Shown here: one piece after another, positions 21,443 through 30,635 of the stretch | Position numbering within the stretch: the stretch's first letter is position 1 | Layout of the letters: every line of letters begins with the position of its first letter | NCBI GenBank assembly: GCA_964513645.1 | Contig: CAZENF010000003.1 | Span: 26,425 to 90,424, forward strand | Direction: 5' to 3' | DNA: 64,000 nt | Origin: an uncultured Candidatus Saccharibacteria bacterium | GTDB lineage: Bacteria; Patescibacteriota; Minisyncoccia; 2-02-FULL-40-12; GWA2-44-9 | Program-made: the position numbers and the translations under genes | The notes under the pieces: generated by a model | What the model saw: the letters and a program-made list of their open reading frames with translations, nothing else | What the model was told of the DNA's origin: nothing | Databases searched by the model: none

Positions 21443-22124
21443 ACATTTTTAGTCCGAAATTTAGGAAAAAAGAAGGTGAATGAAGCCATTTGCCAATATG
21501 TGAGTATTCTATTGTGTCATTTTTTATCTCATATTTGTCCAAACCGATCTTCATCATGTCGTCTGTAATTCCTGTCTCAAAAATGAATTTTGAGGTCCTT
21601 TTTGCAATCCCTATTCCCGCGGACGGATAGAGAACCGCATTGTGAGGCATTCCTATGAACGGAATAGTTGAATTTCTTACCGCGTATGTATGCTCGTACG
21701 ACAAATAGTTATCGCTGCCTTCTCTGAAGTTGGTTTTGTCAAAGGACGATGAGGCCAATCCCCAGATAGTCCCGCCATTTGCTTTTATTTCAAGATTCTT
21801 GAATTTAAAACTTCGAAAAACTTTAAATCTCAATATTTGTCCGGAATCAATATAGGCGATATCACTTTTAGAATAGCCGACTGACCAACCCGATATTTTC
21901 ATATGAGGAGTGTCAAAGTAATTCTCGATCTCTATGTTAAGACTGGGAAATTTGAAATCGAAGTCAGAAACTCCACTTTTTTCAAAGGCAGGTCCAAATT
22001 TCAGATATAGTCCGCCGCTATCGTTAACATTTTTCCGTAAAACATCTTCTTGGGAAAAAACATTCTTCGGTAAAATTAAAATTACCGCTGTGATTGCGAT
22101 GCAGAGATTTTTCATCTTAGTCAT
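21441..22124 (-). CDS. Exported protein, possible small outer-membrane beta-barrel
   Basis: Signal peptide, alternating amphipathic strands, C-terminal SFFLNFGLKM. Confidence 0.45.
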   Translation of the reverse strand: MTKMKNLCIAITAVILILPKNVFSQEDVLRKNVNDSGGLYLKFGPAFEKSGVSDFDFKFPSLNIEIENYFDTPHMKISGWSVGYSKSDIAYIDSGQILRFKVFRSFKFKNLEIKANGGTIWGLASSSFDKTNFREGSDNYLSYEHTYAVRNSTIPFIGMPHNAVLYPSAGIGIAKRTSKFIFETGITDDMMKIGLDKYEIKNDTIEYSHIGKWLHSPSFFLNFGLKM

Positions 22125-23032
22125 TTTCCGGCCAAGACTTTAAATAGCGGGCTTTTTGCGTAATTTGGATATTGATAAGGATTCATTATAAGACTGAATC
22201 CGGAATCATTTCCGCTATCGCCGCCCCACAGGGTGTACCAGTAAATTCTTTCCGGGCGTAAATAGTTTCTTATCTCGTCGTAAGTATGCTGGACGTATGA
22301 TATTTGTTCGTTTGGATCAGCGGTTCCCGTCTCTGTAACCCAGACTCTATAACCGCCCAGACGGTCGTTGATAATACCCGGATATGACACGAGTGTTGCG
22401 CTCGAATAGACGTTCACGGCGATTATTAAATTATTAGGCGACATCGATGTTAGGCCGAGATCCGCCATTTTAGAAAGTTCATTCGGCCCATAGATTCCGG
22501 ATCCGAAAGTAGACTGCGTCAGCAACACTCTGTCCGGATAGTTTACCCGGACAAAGTTATATACTTTTTTCAGGACGGTCATATATTGTTCAATACTCAT
22601 TCTGGGTCCGGAACTCGGCAATATGGTAGTTATCTCGTTGCCTATCTGGAAGTAGCGGATTTCAGGATAAGCGGAAAAGATATTGCTGATATCCTGTTCG
22701 ATATTGTCATCGAAAAGATAGTAATTATCTATGAGTCCTAAGACCTCAATACCCATAGAATTGAACATTTTCGTATAAGGGTTATTGAGCCCATATGCTC
22801 GTTTATCAATTTCTATCCGCACACCTCTTAACATCCCGTTACTAATGAGGGCGGTTGTTGCATCACGATAGGCGCTCTCAACTCCACCCGGAGTGTGAGC
22901 GTTAATGTAGGGAGACCATTGCGGCAAATTTAGGGTTGAGCCTGGTCCGGTTAGGTTGGAAATGCCTTTACTCCCACACCCCGTTAAGGATATAAGCAGT
23001 ATGGCAGTAAGAAATGTTAAGAGTTTCCTCAT
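22121..23032 (-). CDS. Lipoprotein with clan GH-A glycoside-hydrolase-like barrel
   Basis: Lipobox LTGC, QIGNE (acid/base), VWVTETG (nucleophile), IYWY. Confidence 0.65.
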   Translation of the reverse strand: MRKLLTFLTAILLISLTGCGSKGISNLTGPGSTLNLPQWSPYINAHTPGGVESAYRDATTALISNGMLRGVRIEIDKRAYGLNNPYTKMFNSMGIEVLGLIDNYYLFDDNIEQDISNIFSAYPEIRYFQIGNEITTILPSSGPRMSIEQYMTVLKKVYNFVRVNYPDRVLLTQSTFGSGIYGPNELSKMADLGLTSMSPNNLIIAVNVYSSATLVSYPGIINDRLGGYRVWVTETGTADPNEQISYVQHTYDEIRNYLRPERIYWYTLWGGDSGNDSGFSLIMNPYQYPNYAKSPLFKVLAGK

Positions 23033-23169
23033 CTTTATTTCCACACTCTATTTTAAGGTGCTTTTGTGCTTTTATACTAAAATTTAATCAAAAGTCAAGT
23101 CAAAATAAAAAGCTCTTTCCATATTTTTATTTTGACTTTCCGCTAAACCGGGTCTATAATTAACTGATT

Positions 23170-23724
23170 ATGGGTATTATTTATATATTTATTGCGATTT
23201 TCGGTCTGGTTGTTTTGTGGTTGGCCGGTTCATATAATGGTCTGGTCCGTTCTCGGAACAGGGTCAAAGAATCCTGGTCCGATATCGACGTCCAATTAAA
23301 ACGCCGTCACGACCTGATTCCTAATTTGATAGAAACGGTCAAAGGTTACGCTGCGCATGAAAAACAAACTTTAGATGCGGTCATCCAGGCCAGAGCCAAA
23401 GCAATGTCGGCCGGCAGTTTAGCCGACAAAGGTCAGGCCGAAAATATGCTCTCCGGGGCGTTGAAAAATCTGTTTGCCTTAGCCGAAGCATATCCGCAAC
23501 TTCGCGCCGTCGAGAGCTTTTCAAAATTACAGGATGAACTTACCGATACGGAAGACAAGATCCAGGCTGCTAGACGCTTCTATAACTCGAACGTTATGGT
23601 CTTGAACAACAAGATAGAAATGTTCCCGACCAATATCTTTGCCAGCTCGTTCGGGTTTGAAAAAGCTGAATTCTTCCAGCTTGATGATAAAGCGGAACGC
23701 GAACCCGTGGCGGTTAAATTTTAA
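23170..23724 (+). CDS. lemA: LemA family protein
   Basis: WSDIDVQLKRRHDLIPNL, EAYPQL, ARRFYN. Confidence 0.95.
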   Translation: MGIIYIFIAIFGLVVLWLAGSYNGLVRSRNRVKESWSDIDVQLKRRHDLIPNLIETVKGYAAHEKQTLDAVIQARAKAMSAGSLADKGQAENMLSGALKNLFALAEAYPQLRAVESFSKLQDELTDTEDKIQAARRFYNSNVMVLNNKIEMFPTNIFASSFGFEKAEFFQLDDKAEREPVAVKF

Positions 23725-23728
23725 AACA

Positions 23729-24010
23729 TTAGCAAACTTTATATTTTTGACTCGGACCGGATGTCCAAAGTTTCCAGCGAACTTTGGCATCCTATACTCT
23801 CGACATTTTGTAAAACACCTATTTATTGTCAATAACTATCTCGCCCATATTTCTTAATGTGGCCTATTGCAGCTTAGTCGCGCTGATGGGCCGCAAAGAA
23901 ATATAGGGCTCGATGGTATTGACCAAGAGATTGTTACGCACAATCTCTTGGTATTTGATGAGCCAAAATGCCTGCGAGAATTTCCTCGCTAAAAATATAA
24001 AGTTTGCCAA
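23729..24010. other. Large inverted-repeat-bounded structured intergenic element
   Basis: 17-bp perfect IR (23732-23748 / 23991-24007) enclosing several hairpins. Confidence 0.7.
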
Positions 24011-24119
24011 TTAAATAACCCCTCCAATTTTATAAATCTTAACAATAAAATTGAAGGAGTCCTTTTAATTTAACTATTTGTCCGAAGGAATAAAGTAGGT
24101 CGAGAAATTAAAAGGACGA

Positions 24120-25031
24120 GTGAATATGAATTTATATCAACAACAAGATTCAAATGTCAGGAAGACGTGGTTACTTATAACCGGGTTTTTGGTTATGATA
24201 ATCGGTTTCGGCTGGCTGTTCAGTTATGCGTACAATGCGCCCCAGATATTATATTTCGCCGTTTTTATAAGCGTGGGAATGAACATTGTTTCGTATTGGT
24301 ACTCGGACAAGATCGCCTTAGCGATGTCAGGAGCAATGCCGGTTGAAAGAGCCGGCAACGAAGAGCTTTACCGGATAATCGAGAACCTTTGTATCACCGC
24401 CGGTTTGCCGGTGCCTAAAATTTATGTGATAGGTTCTGAACAGATAAATGCTTTTGCGACCGGCCGCGATCCGCAACATGCTTCAATTGCGGTGACTCGG
24501 GGCGCTTTGGTTAAATTAAATCATGCCGAGCTTGAAGGAGTCATCGCTCACGAAATGTCCCATGTTGGGAATCGTGATATCCTTGTCTCGACCGTGGTTG
24601 TGGTCTTGGCCGGATTGATAGGCGTTCTGGCCGATTGGTTTTTGCGGATAAGCTTCTGGGGAGGTTTTGGTGGAAGGCGCAGTCGTGAGGAAGGGGAGGC
24701 CGGGACCATCGTGATGGCAATCGGTCTGATTGCCGCTATTTTGGCGCCCATTGCCGCAACCTTAATCCAGCTTGCGGTCTCGCGAAAGAGGGAATTTTTG
24801 GCTGATGCGTCTGGTGCGCTTTTGACCCGCTATCCGGAGGGACTCGCGAGTGCGCTTGAGAAAATAGAACATGACCAGGCGCCGATGCAGACCGCTTATA
24901 ATGCGACGGCCCATCTTTTCATTGCCAATCCTTTCAAGGGCAAAGATGCCGGACACTGGATAGCCAAATTATTCTCGACCCATCCGCCGCTCGAAGAAAG
25001 GATAAAAATTCTCCGAGAAATGGAAAAATAA
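24120..25031 (+). CDS. htpX: Zinc metalloprotease HtpX (M48)
   Basis: NAFATGR, AHEMSH, SRKREFLAD, STHPP. Confidence 0.95.
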   Translation: MNMNLYQQQDSNVRKTWLLITGFLVMIIGFGWLFSYAYNAPQILYFAVFISVGMNIVSYWYSDKIALAMSGAMPVERAGNEELYRIIENLCITAGLPVPKIYVIGSEQINAFATGRDPQHASIAVTRGALVKLNHAELEGVIAHEMSHVGNRDILVSTVVVVLAGLIGVLADWFLRISFWGGFGGRRSREEGEAGTIVMAIGLIAAILAPIAATLIQLAVSRKREFLADASGALLTRYPEGLASALEKIEHDQAPMQTAYNATAHLFIANPFKGKDAGHWIAKLFSTHPPLEERIKILREMEK

Positions 25032-25046
25032 AAACCGCTCTCGCGG

Positions 25047-25184
25047 TTAATTTGCCTTTTTCTTGGACAGTTCTTCTTTTAGGACTTTTTTAAGTTCGTG
25101 GCCTTTTTCAAGACGGTCTCTGATTCTTTTCTTTGTTTCCTCGTCGAGCTCGTTCGCTTCCCGGTGTTTCTTACCGTCGGCCAC
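25047..25184 (-). CDS. 45-aa charged small protein (not in the ORF track)
   Basis: GAGGAG 6 nt before GTG; MADGKKHREANELDEETKKRIRDRLEKGHELKKVLKEELSKKKAN. Confidence 0.5.
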   Translation of the reverse strand: MADGKKHREANELDEETKKRIRDRLEKGHELKKVLKEELSKKKAN

Positions 25185-25285
25185 CAAGCCCTCCTCGTCG
25201 TATCGACGGTTTATATTATCTTATAAAATCTCAAAAGTCAAAGATTGAAAAATGGCTTCAAAACTGGTAGAATTATATAAATTTT

Positions 25286-25375
25286 GGAGAGGTCGCATAG
25301 TGGTCTAGTGCGGTTGCTTGGAGAGCAACTGTAGGAGCAATCCTACCGCGAGTTCGAATCTCGCCCTCTCCGCCA
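25286..25375 (+). tRNA. tRNA-Ser(GGA)
   Basis: GGAGAGG/CCTCTCC stem, GTTGC-TTGGAGA-GCAAC anticodon arm, long variable arm, G73, CCA. Confidence 0.96.
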
Positions 25376-25395
25376 AAATTGAAAATCGAAAATTG

Positions 25396-25512
25396 AAGCG
25401 TCCTCAATCGCATATTTCAAATGTCGAATCGGGGCAACAAAGGGTTGATGTTGTCGAACTTCAATTTTTTGCGAAGATTTATAATAAAGACATTAACTAC
25501 TTTATAAAATAG
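25396..25512 (+). pseudogene. C-terminal half of an XRE-family HTH regulator
   Basis: KLKRPQSHISNVESGQQRVDVVEL...YFIK; helices 1-2 and a start codon are missing. Confidence 0.65.
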
Positions 25513-25516
25513 AGCT

Positions 25517-26488
25517 ATGGAAAACGAACAAATGCCAAAGAAAAGTTTTTGGGGTGACAAAAGATTTTTGTCCGCAAATATTGCGTTAGTTTTGGGTATA
25601 CTCGCAATACTTAGTGGGGTGGGCAGTCAAACAAGTGGCGGAGCATACGAAGGTGCCGGCGAAATGGGTTGGATTTTAGTAATAGGATCATTTGCTTTGA
25701 AATCCGCAAAGAAAAGAAATCTTGGCTTGGTTCAATCCACTAACACAAGAAAGGTTTTAGAAATTGTTGGAGTCTTGGGTTCTTTGGGAGTTTTATATCT
25801 TTATAACCAATTTGCTGGACTTCAAAATATTATCGCTCATCCATTACCGATTGTCGCTGCTGTATTCATCTTAACTTCTTATCTTGTAATAGTTTATAAA
25901 AACTTTTTTGGTGAGGATAAAAAGAAAAGACTAATTCTCGGTTCAGCTTGTTTCTTACTCCTTTTCTTTGCAATTTTCTATTCACTATATTTTCTAAATA
26001 CTTCCCGCGGGCAGGGTTCCGGTGATTCTTGGGGGTTATATACAGCGCAGGATAATAGTTTTAGTGTCCTGTTACCAAGTCAGCCAAAATATGAACAGAA
26101 AAATTACAAGGCTGGAGTAGACTCACAAATTTCCTACACTCAAGATTTGTGGACAGCAGATATGGGCTCAGCTCAATACACTATTGAAAGTTTTGAAATT
26201 CCACAAAATGCATTTGATTTTTCTTCCCCGCAGGCAAATCAGGTTTTATCAGCTTTAGCTGAAGGTTCAATCAAAAAGATTGAGGGAGCAACAGTAACAT
26301 CAAAAACCGATTCAACTTTTCGTTCTTACCCAGCAGTCGATGTCGAGGGAGGAAATTCTAGCATAGCCGTTAAGGGTAGATTCTTTAACGTAGGGCAAAA
26401 GGTATTTGGAATTTTTGTCTTGTACCGCAAGGAATTGCCGATCAGCGATTCTGAATATTCTAGATTTGTTGATTCTTTTCGGCTTTAA
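25517..26488 (+). CDS. Multi-TM protein with C-terminal PsbP-like domain
   Basis: About 5 TM helices, then W..Y....FSVLLP...RFVDSFRL. Confidence 0.6.
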   Translation: MENEQMPKKSFWGDKRFLSANIALVLGILAILSGVGSQTSGGAYEGAGEMGWILVIGSFALKSAKKRNLGLVQSTNTRKVLEIVGVLGSLGVLYLYNQFAGLQNIIAHPLPIVAAVFILTSYLVIVYKNFFGEDKKKRLILGSACFLLLFFAIFYSLYFLNTSRGQGSGDSWGLYTAQDNSFSVLLPSQPKYEQKNYKAGVDSQISYTQDLWTADMGSAQYTIESFEIPQNAFDFSSPQANQVLSALAEGSIKKIEGATVTSKTDSTFRSYPAVDVEGGNSSIAVKGRFFNVGQKVFGIFVLYRKELPISDSEYSRFVDSFRL

Positions 26489-26489
26489 G

Positions 26490-27188
26490 ATGGACGATAA
26501 TAGCGAGCCAATCAAAAAAGAAATCGGTGGAATGAAACTCCCCGATGGCATAGCCATCGGCCCTTTGTATTTCAGTAAAGACGGAAAAACAGCGAGCGCA
26601 CTTATGATGCAACCTGCCATAATTCCTTTTGATTTTAGCGTCACAAACGCTCTTAACCGCTTGAATAAGACATCATTGCCGATTGATGAGTTTCAAACAG
26701 AGTTTAATTCTTTAGTCGGCAACCTTGTTGCTGATACTTTGATCTATTTTCAAAATAGGATTAAACCAATAGTTCAAGGTGGTGCTGGTCATTTCAATGA
26801 TATGGGCGACTGTCTTAGGGAGTATAAAAAAGTTGGGATTGAAATTGAAAATATGTGCGATTTTGATTTTCTTAAATCGCTTAGTGATGTTCGCGGAAGG
26901 AAACAGCATAGTGACCGCCGATATGATGCAGATAATACAATCAACGGTGTGTCTTACGATACAATAGAAAAACTCCGAGAACTCACTAACAAAGTCAAAA
27001 AAGAAATTCATGATTTTGACGGCAAACTTGCCCTCACTCATAAAGACTACGATGTAAAAGTAACTCAAACTCCAAACAGTACTTCAATCGAATTTACAGC
27101 ACTTAATCACGCATTTGATTTAACGAGAGGTGGAAAAGTTGTACCTCCAAAACCAAAACCACCGACTGATTCAGAAACTTCGGCATAA
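26490..27188 (+). CDS. Hypothetical protein (island cargo; possible HEPN-like RGRKQH)
   Basis: 232-aa ORF starting 2 nt after the upstream stop. Confidence 0.55.
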   Translation: MDDNSEPIKKEIGGMKLPDGIAIGPLYFSKDGKTASALMMQPAIIPFDFSVTNALNRLNKTSLPIDEFQTEFNSLVGNLVADTLIYFQNRIKPIVQGGAGHFNDMGDCLREYKKVGIEIENMCDFDFLKSLSDVRGRKQHSDRRYDADNTINGVSYDTIEKLRELTNKVKKEIHDFDGKLALTHKDYDVKVTQTPNSTSIEFTALNHAFDLTRGGKVVPPKPKPPTDSETSA

Positions 27189-27275
27189 AGGGAGCAATCC
27201 CCGCCGTTTTTAGGAGATATTATAAAACGGCGGGGATTTGTGCGCGCACTGGGACGGTGGGGCAAGGCGCAAAGG

Positions 27276-27338
27276 TCATTCATCAAAATCCTGTGGATTT
27301 TCTCCGACATAGTTTCGAACTTCGTCCAATACACACCG
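27276..27338 (-). other. Orphan serine-recombinase C-terminal tail (attR side)
   Basis: RCVLDEVRNYVGENPQDFDE-stop; same register as the tail at 62671-62772. Confidence 0.6.
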
Positions 27339-27379
27339 CACCTTTTGTCTTTAATTAAAATTTCCGATACAATTCCTAT

Positions 27380-27844
27380 ATGCTAAGAATGAACTCAAAG
27401 GCGCCGGAATTCTCTTTGCCTGACCAGAATGGCAAGATGCACAGACTCTCTGATTATAAGGACCGGTGGGTCTTGGTCTATTTTTATCCTAAAGACGACA
27501 CTTCCGGTTGTACCAAGGAAGCGTGCGTCCTTCGGGATAATTTACCTGATTTTAAAAAGCTCGATTGCGTGATTCTCGGTATCAGCGTTGATTCTGTCAA
27601 AAGCCATGATAAGTTTGCCAAAAAGTACGGATTGAATTTTGCGTTGCTGGCGGATGAGGAAAAAGACGTCGTGACAAAATACGGCGCCTGGCAGAAAAAG
27701 AAATTTATGGGCAAGGAATATATGGGAATCAAGAGGATGTCGTATTTGATAGATCCGGACGGCAAAGTCGCTAAGGTTTATTCCGATGTTAAGCCGGCTG
27801 AACATGCACTTGAAGTTTTAAACGATCTCAAGTCTTTGGAATGA
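27380..27844 (+). CDS. bcp: Peroxiredoxin Bcp/PrxQ
   Basis: YFYPKDDTSGCTKEAC. Confidence 0.95.
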   Translation: MLRMNSKAPEFSLPDQNGKMHRLSDYKDRWVLVYFYPKDDTSGCTKEACVLRDNLPDFKKLDCVILGISVDSVKSHDKFAKKYGLNFALLADEEKDVVTKYGAWQKKKFMGKEYMGIKRMSYLIDPDGKVAKVYSDVKPAEHALEVLNDLKSLE

Positions 27845-28860
27845 GAACCAAGCTTCTCGTCATCGGTCTGTTACTTCTCGGAGCTTATCTCTTAATTTTT
27901 CATATTGAATTTTTGTGTTCGAGACTGCCCAACAAGCTCGGCTGTTTCGAGGGTAATTTAAAATTCAGGACAGACTTTATTAGCCTTGATAACGGCAAGA
28001 AATATCTTGCCGGGCTCAACGACGATAAATATCTTACTTTCGGCGAGTGCCATACTCTGGCTCATCAGCTTGGTCACTGGGCGGTTGATAAAGGCATCGG
28101 GATGGTCGAAGCAATGGAACAGGGCAGTGCTTTTTGCGGCTGGGGATTTTTTCACGGAGTTTTAGAAGGCCTTTTCGGCGAAGGCGGCGGGCATGGGAAA
28201 ATATCGGTTGAGGATGCATTTAAAACTTGCGATAAGATTAACAAGGATGACCGCCTCCGGGTTTTTAACTGTTTTCATGCTCTTGGCCATGGGTTTTTTG
28301 CGGTTGATGAGAATTTGAAAAATTCCCTGAACCGATGTGATATCAGCGCCGCCGCATTAACCCAAGGGTTTTGCTATGATGGAGTTTTTATGGCTCAAAC
28401 TTTTTCGGAGGCCGAAGAAGCGCCTGATAAATTAAAAAAAACAGAAAATCTATTGTCGGTCTGCGGCAACTTGGCGGGTAAAAGCCGGTTATATTGCTAT
28501 TGGCGGTATGTTCCGATAGATGTTTTTACGGATGAAATGGTCCTGCCGTCCGAGGATATTATCAATTCTGTTTCTATAAAAATTCCAAACGAAATGCGGC
28601 CGATCTTCTGGAATGGTTTTGGCCGTGAACTCGAGAGCCGTTTTGCCGGAGATGAAAATATTATAACTAAAACCTGTAATTGGGCAGGGGATTATAGAAT
28701 AGATTGTGTCGAAGGTGCGGCGATGCACATGCTTTTCTTCGATCTGGGCGGTACTTCAAGACCGGATAAGTTATGCCGTCGGGCATTATCGGATAAATAT
28801 GTCGATACTTGTGTTAGTGATATAAATGCATCTCTATATCCAGGTCCATTTTCAAATTAA
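27841..28860 (+). CDS. Membrane-anchored Cys/His repeat protein
   Basis: CHTLAHQLGH, CGWGFFHG, CFHALGHG, CYDGVFM repeats. Confidence 0.65.
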   Translation: MRTKLLVIGLLLLGAYLLIFHIEFLCSRLPNKLGCFEGNLKFRTDFISLDNGKKYLAGLNDDKYLTFGECHTLAHQLGHWAVDKGIGMVEAMEQGSAFCGWGFFHGVLEGLFGEGGGHGKISVEDAFKTCDKINKDDRLRVFNCFHALGHGFFAVDENLKNSLNRCDISAAALTQGFCYDGVFMAQTFSEAEEAPDKLKKTENLLSVCGNLAGKSRLYCYWRYVPIDVFTDEMVLPSEDIINSVSIKIPNEMRPIFWNGFGRELESRFAGDENIITKTCNWAGDYRIDCVEGAAMHMLFFDLGGTSRPDKLCRRALSDKYVDTCVSDINASLYPGPFSN

Positions 28861-28866
28861 GGATTT

Positions 28867-29472
28867 TTGTGTACACTTTTCACGGCAGTTCTTTATAGAG
28901 GAAATTCAGTGATAGAAAGTAGTCCAACGATCCGTATCTACAGCCGGATGATAAGTTATGCCCTTCTCGGTTATCAGGACCTCGACAAAACCGAACATCT
29001 TCTTTTTGACGGCGCATTGCGGGCCAGACGTAATGCCCAGGCGCCCTATTCCCACTATCATGTCGGAGCCGCGGTATTAAATGAAAAGGGGACGATAAAT
29101 ATCGGATGTAATGTCGAAAGGGCGAATTGGACGGCTACGACTCATGCCGAACAAAACGCGATTGACTCGATGGTAACCTGGGAGGGTTCTGTAAAAATAA
29201 AAAAATTGGCTTTTATCGGCGGACCGAAAGATTCGGAACCGGAAATTCTTAAGGCGGCAGTTCCTAAAGATTTTTATCAGTTCGTTGAAATACCCGTTCC
29301 CTGTGGCCACTGTCTTCAGATAATCTGGGAAAACTGTCATGGCGACGATTCTGCCCAACTGTACTCATACTCATCCGTGCTCGAATGTTTCTGCCGGATA
29401 AATATCGGCGATGCGTTTCCGTTCAAATTCGGCCCCAAAGACTTAGATATTGATTATTCAAAATTTAAATAA
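28867..29472 (+). CDS. cdd: Cytidine deaminase
   Basis: APYSHYHVGAA, GCNVE, HAE, PCGHC; true start is probably downstream. Confidence 0.9.
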   Translation: MCTLFTAVLYRGNSVIESSPTIRIYSRMISYALLGYQDLDKTEHLLFDGALRARRNAQAPYSHYHVGAAVLNEKGTINIGCNVERANWTATTHAEQNAIDSMVTWEGSVKIKKLAFIGGPKDSEPEILKAAVPKDFYQFVEIPVPCGHCLQIIWENCHGDDSAQLYSYSSVLECFCRINIGDAFPFKFGPKDLDIDYSKFK

Positions 29473-29495
29473 ATCCCCGCTTGGAGCAGGGATTT

Positions 29496-30368
29496 TTATT
29501 TTATATTATTACGGTCAAGAAAATCTTTTACGTCTTTTGCTGAAAGAGCTATGGTAAAATTATAACCGTCGGAACTCATAACGGTAATTCCGATCAGTTC
29601 TCCGTTCCGATTGAAAACTGGACCGCCGGAATAACCAGGTTCGGCGTGACCTCTCAAGGTATATCTTTTATTCATACCGCGTCCTACGGATTCGTGAATA
29701 TCGTTTATGGAAACTATCTCACTTTTAAATACATAACGGAATACTCCGTCCTGGCTCAGCAATGTGCCGGTGGTATACGTCTCGGTACCGAGATCGGATT
29801 TGTCCGTCAGCTTCTGAGATAATGTCAGGATTTTGAAAGTAAAGTCTCCTTGGACATTAGACTCGATAGCATCTTTCATGGTACCAGGCGGAACCTGAAG
29901 AACCATGATATCCGGATCGGCTTGATCGGCACTATAAACCCGCAGGTTTAAAGGAATTCTGAAGATCTCACTTCTTTCAGGAAAAACTATTCCGAATATT
30001 TCGTAACTGTACGTGGCGGTAATGCCGGCTTCTTTGTCTTTTTTGGTCTGTTCCTGTATTTTTTTGAACGGTTCACTAAGGACGTGTCTGGCCGATATTA
30101 CAACGCCTGGCTTAATAAAGCTGCCATTACCCATCGCAGTAAAAAGTGCGACCCGGTCTTTGTCTTTTTCTTTTTCATAAAAGTTGATGAGGATAACTAT
30201 ATTGTTGAAGTGTGCCTGGTAGACCGCGTCAGGCAGCGGCTCGTCCGCGATAATAACATCTTTTCCGTTGAGACGCTCGGTTCGGTTGTGCGAGTTTGGC
30301 TGTCCATAGACAGGCCGGTATGTAAGTAAAAATATGATCAGTAACGGTAAAAACCTATTAATTTTCAC
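29496..30368 (-). CDS. Trypsin-like serine protease, exported
   Basis: SARHV, DIMVL, PGYSGGPVFN; GAGGTG SD before GTG. Confidence 0.8.
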   Translation of the reverse strand: MKINRFLPLLIIFLLTYRPVYGQPNSHNRTERLNGKDVIIADEPLPDAVYQAHFNNIVILINFYEKEKDKDRVALFTAMGNGSFIKPGVVISARHVLSEPFKKIQEQTKKDKEAGITATYSYEIFGIVFPERSEIFRIPLNLRVYSADQADPDIMVLQVPPGTMKDAIESNVQGDFTFKILTLSQKLTDKSDLGTETYTTGTLLSQDGVFRYVFKSEIVSINDIHESVGRGMNKRYTLRGHAEPGYSGGPVFNRNGELIGITVMSSDGYNFTIALSAKDVKDFLDRNNIK

Positions 30369-30635
30369 GACGCCACCTCTTTTTAAAGAGCCGACTTTTG
30401 CATAAAAAAACGGAGTTAATGCCAAAGTCCCTGCCCGGTTCGGTCGGGCCTACTTTAGGGATAGAGTCGGCATGCTCCGCGGATGCAAGAGTCACTTGCC
30501 CTTTCCTTTCCGAGTATTAAAGCCAGTCTATTATACTTAATAATTTAGGCAATCGGGGGTGTTGATATGTCTTGACTGGGGTTGTTTATAGTGTCATTCT
30601 TGCCGTAAATTGATCTTTACCAATCAGGAGACCCC

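Larger units (their letters stand above)
25370..27339. mobile_element. Decayed integrative element at tRNA-Ser (recombinase lost)
   Basis: CCGC core repeat at 25370-25373 and 27336-27339; T-loop mimic at the right end; orphan recombinase tail; truncated XRE gene. Confidence 0.7.

Noticed and set aside
25318-25512. 64-aa ORF starting inside tRNA-Ser
   Set aside because: The N-terminus is tRNA sequence; only the XRE fragment is meaningful.
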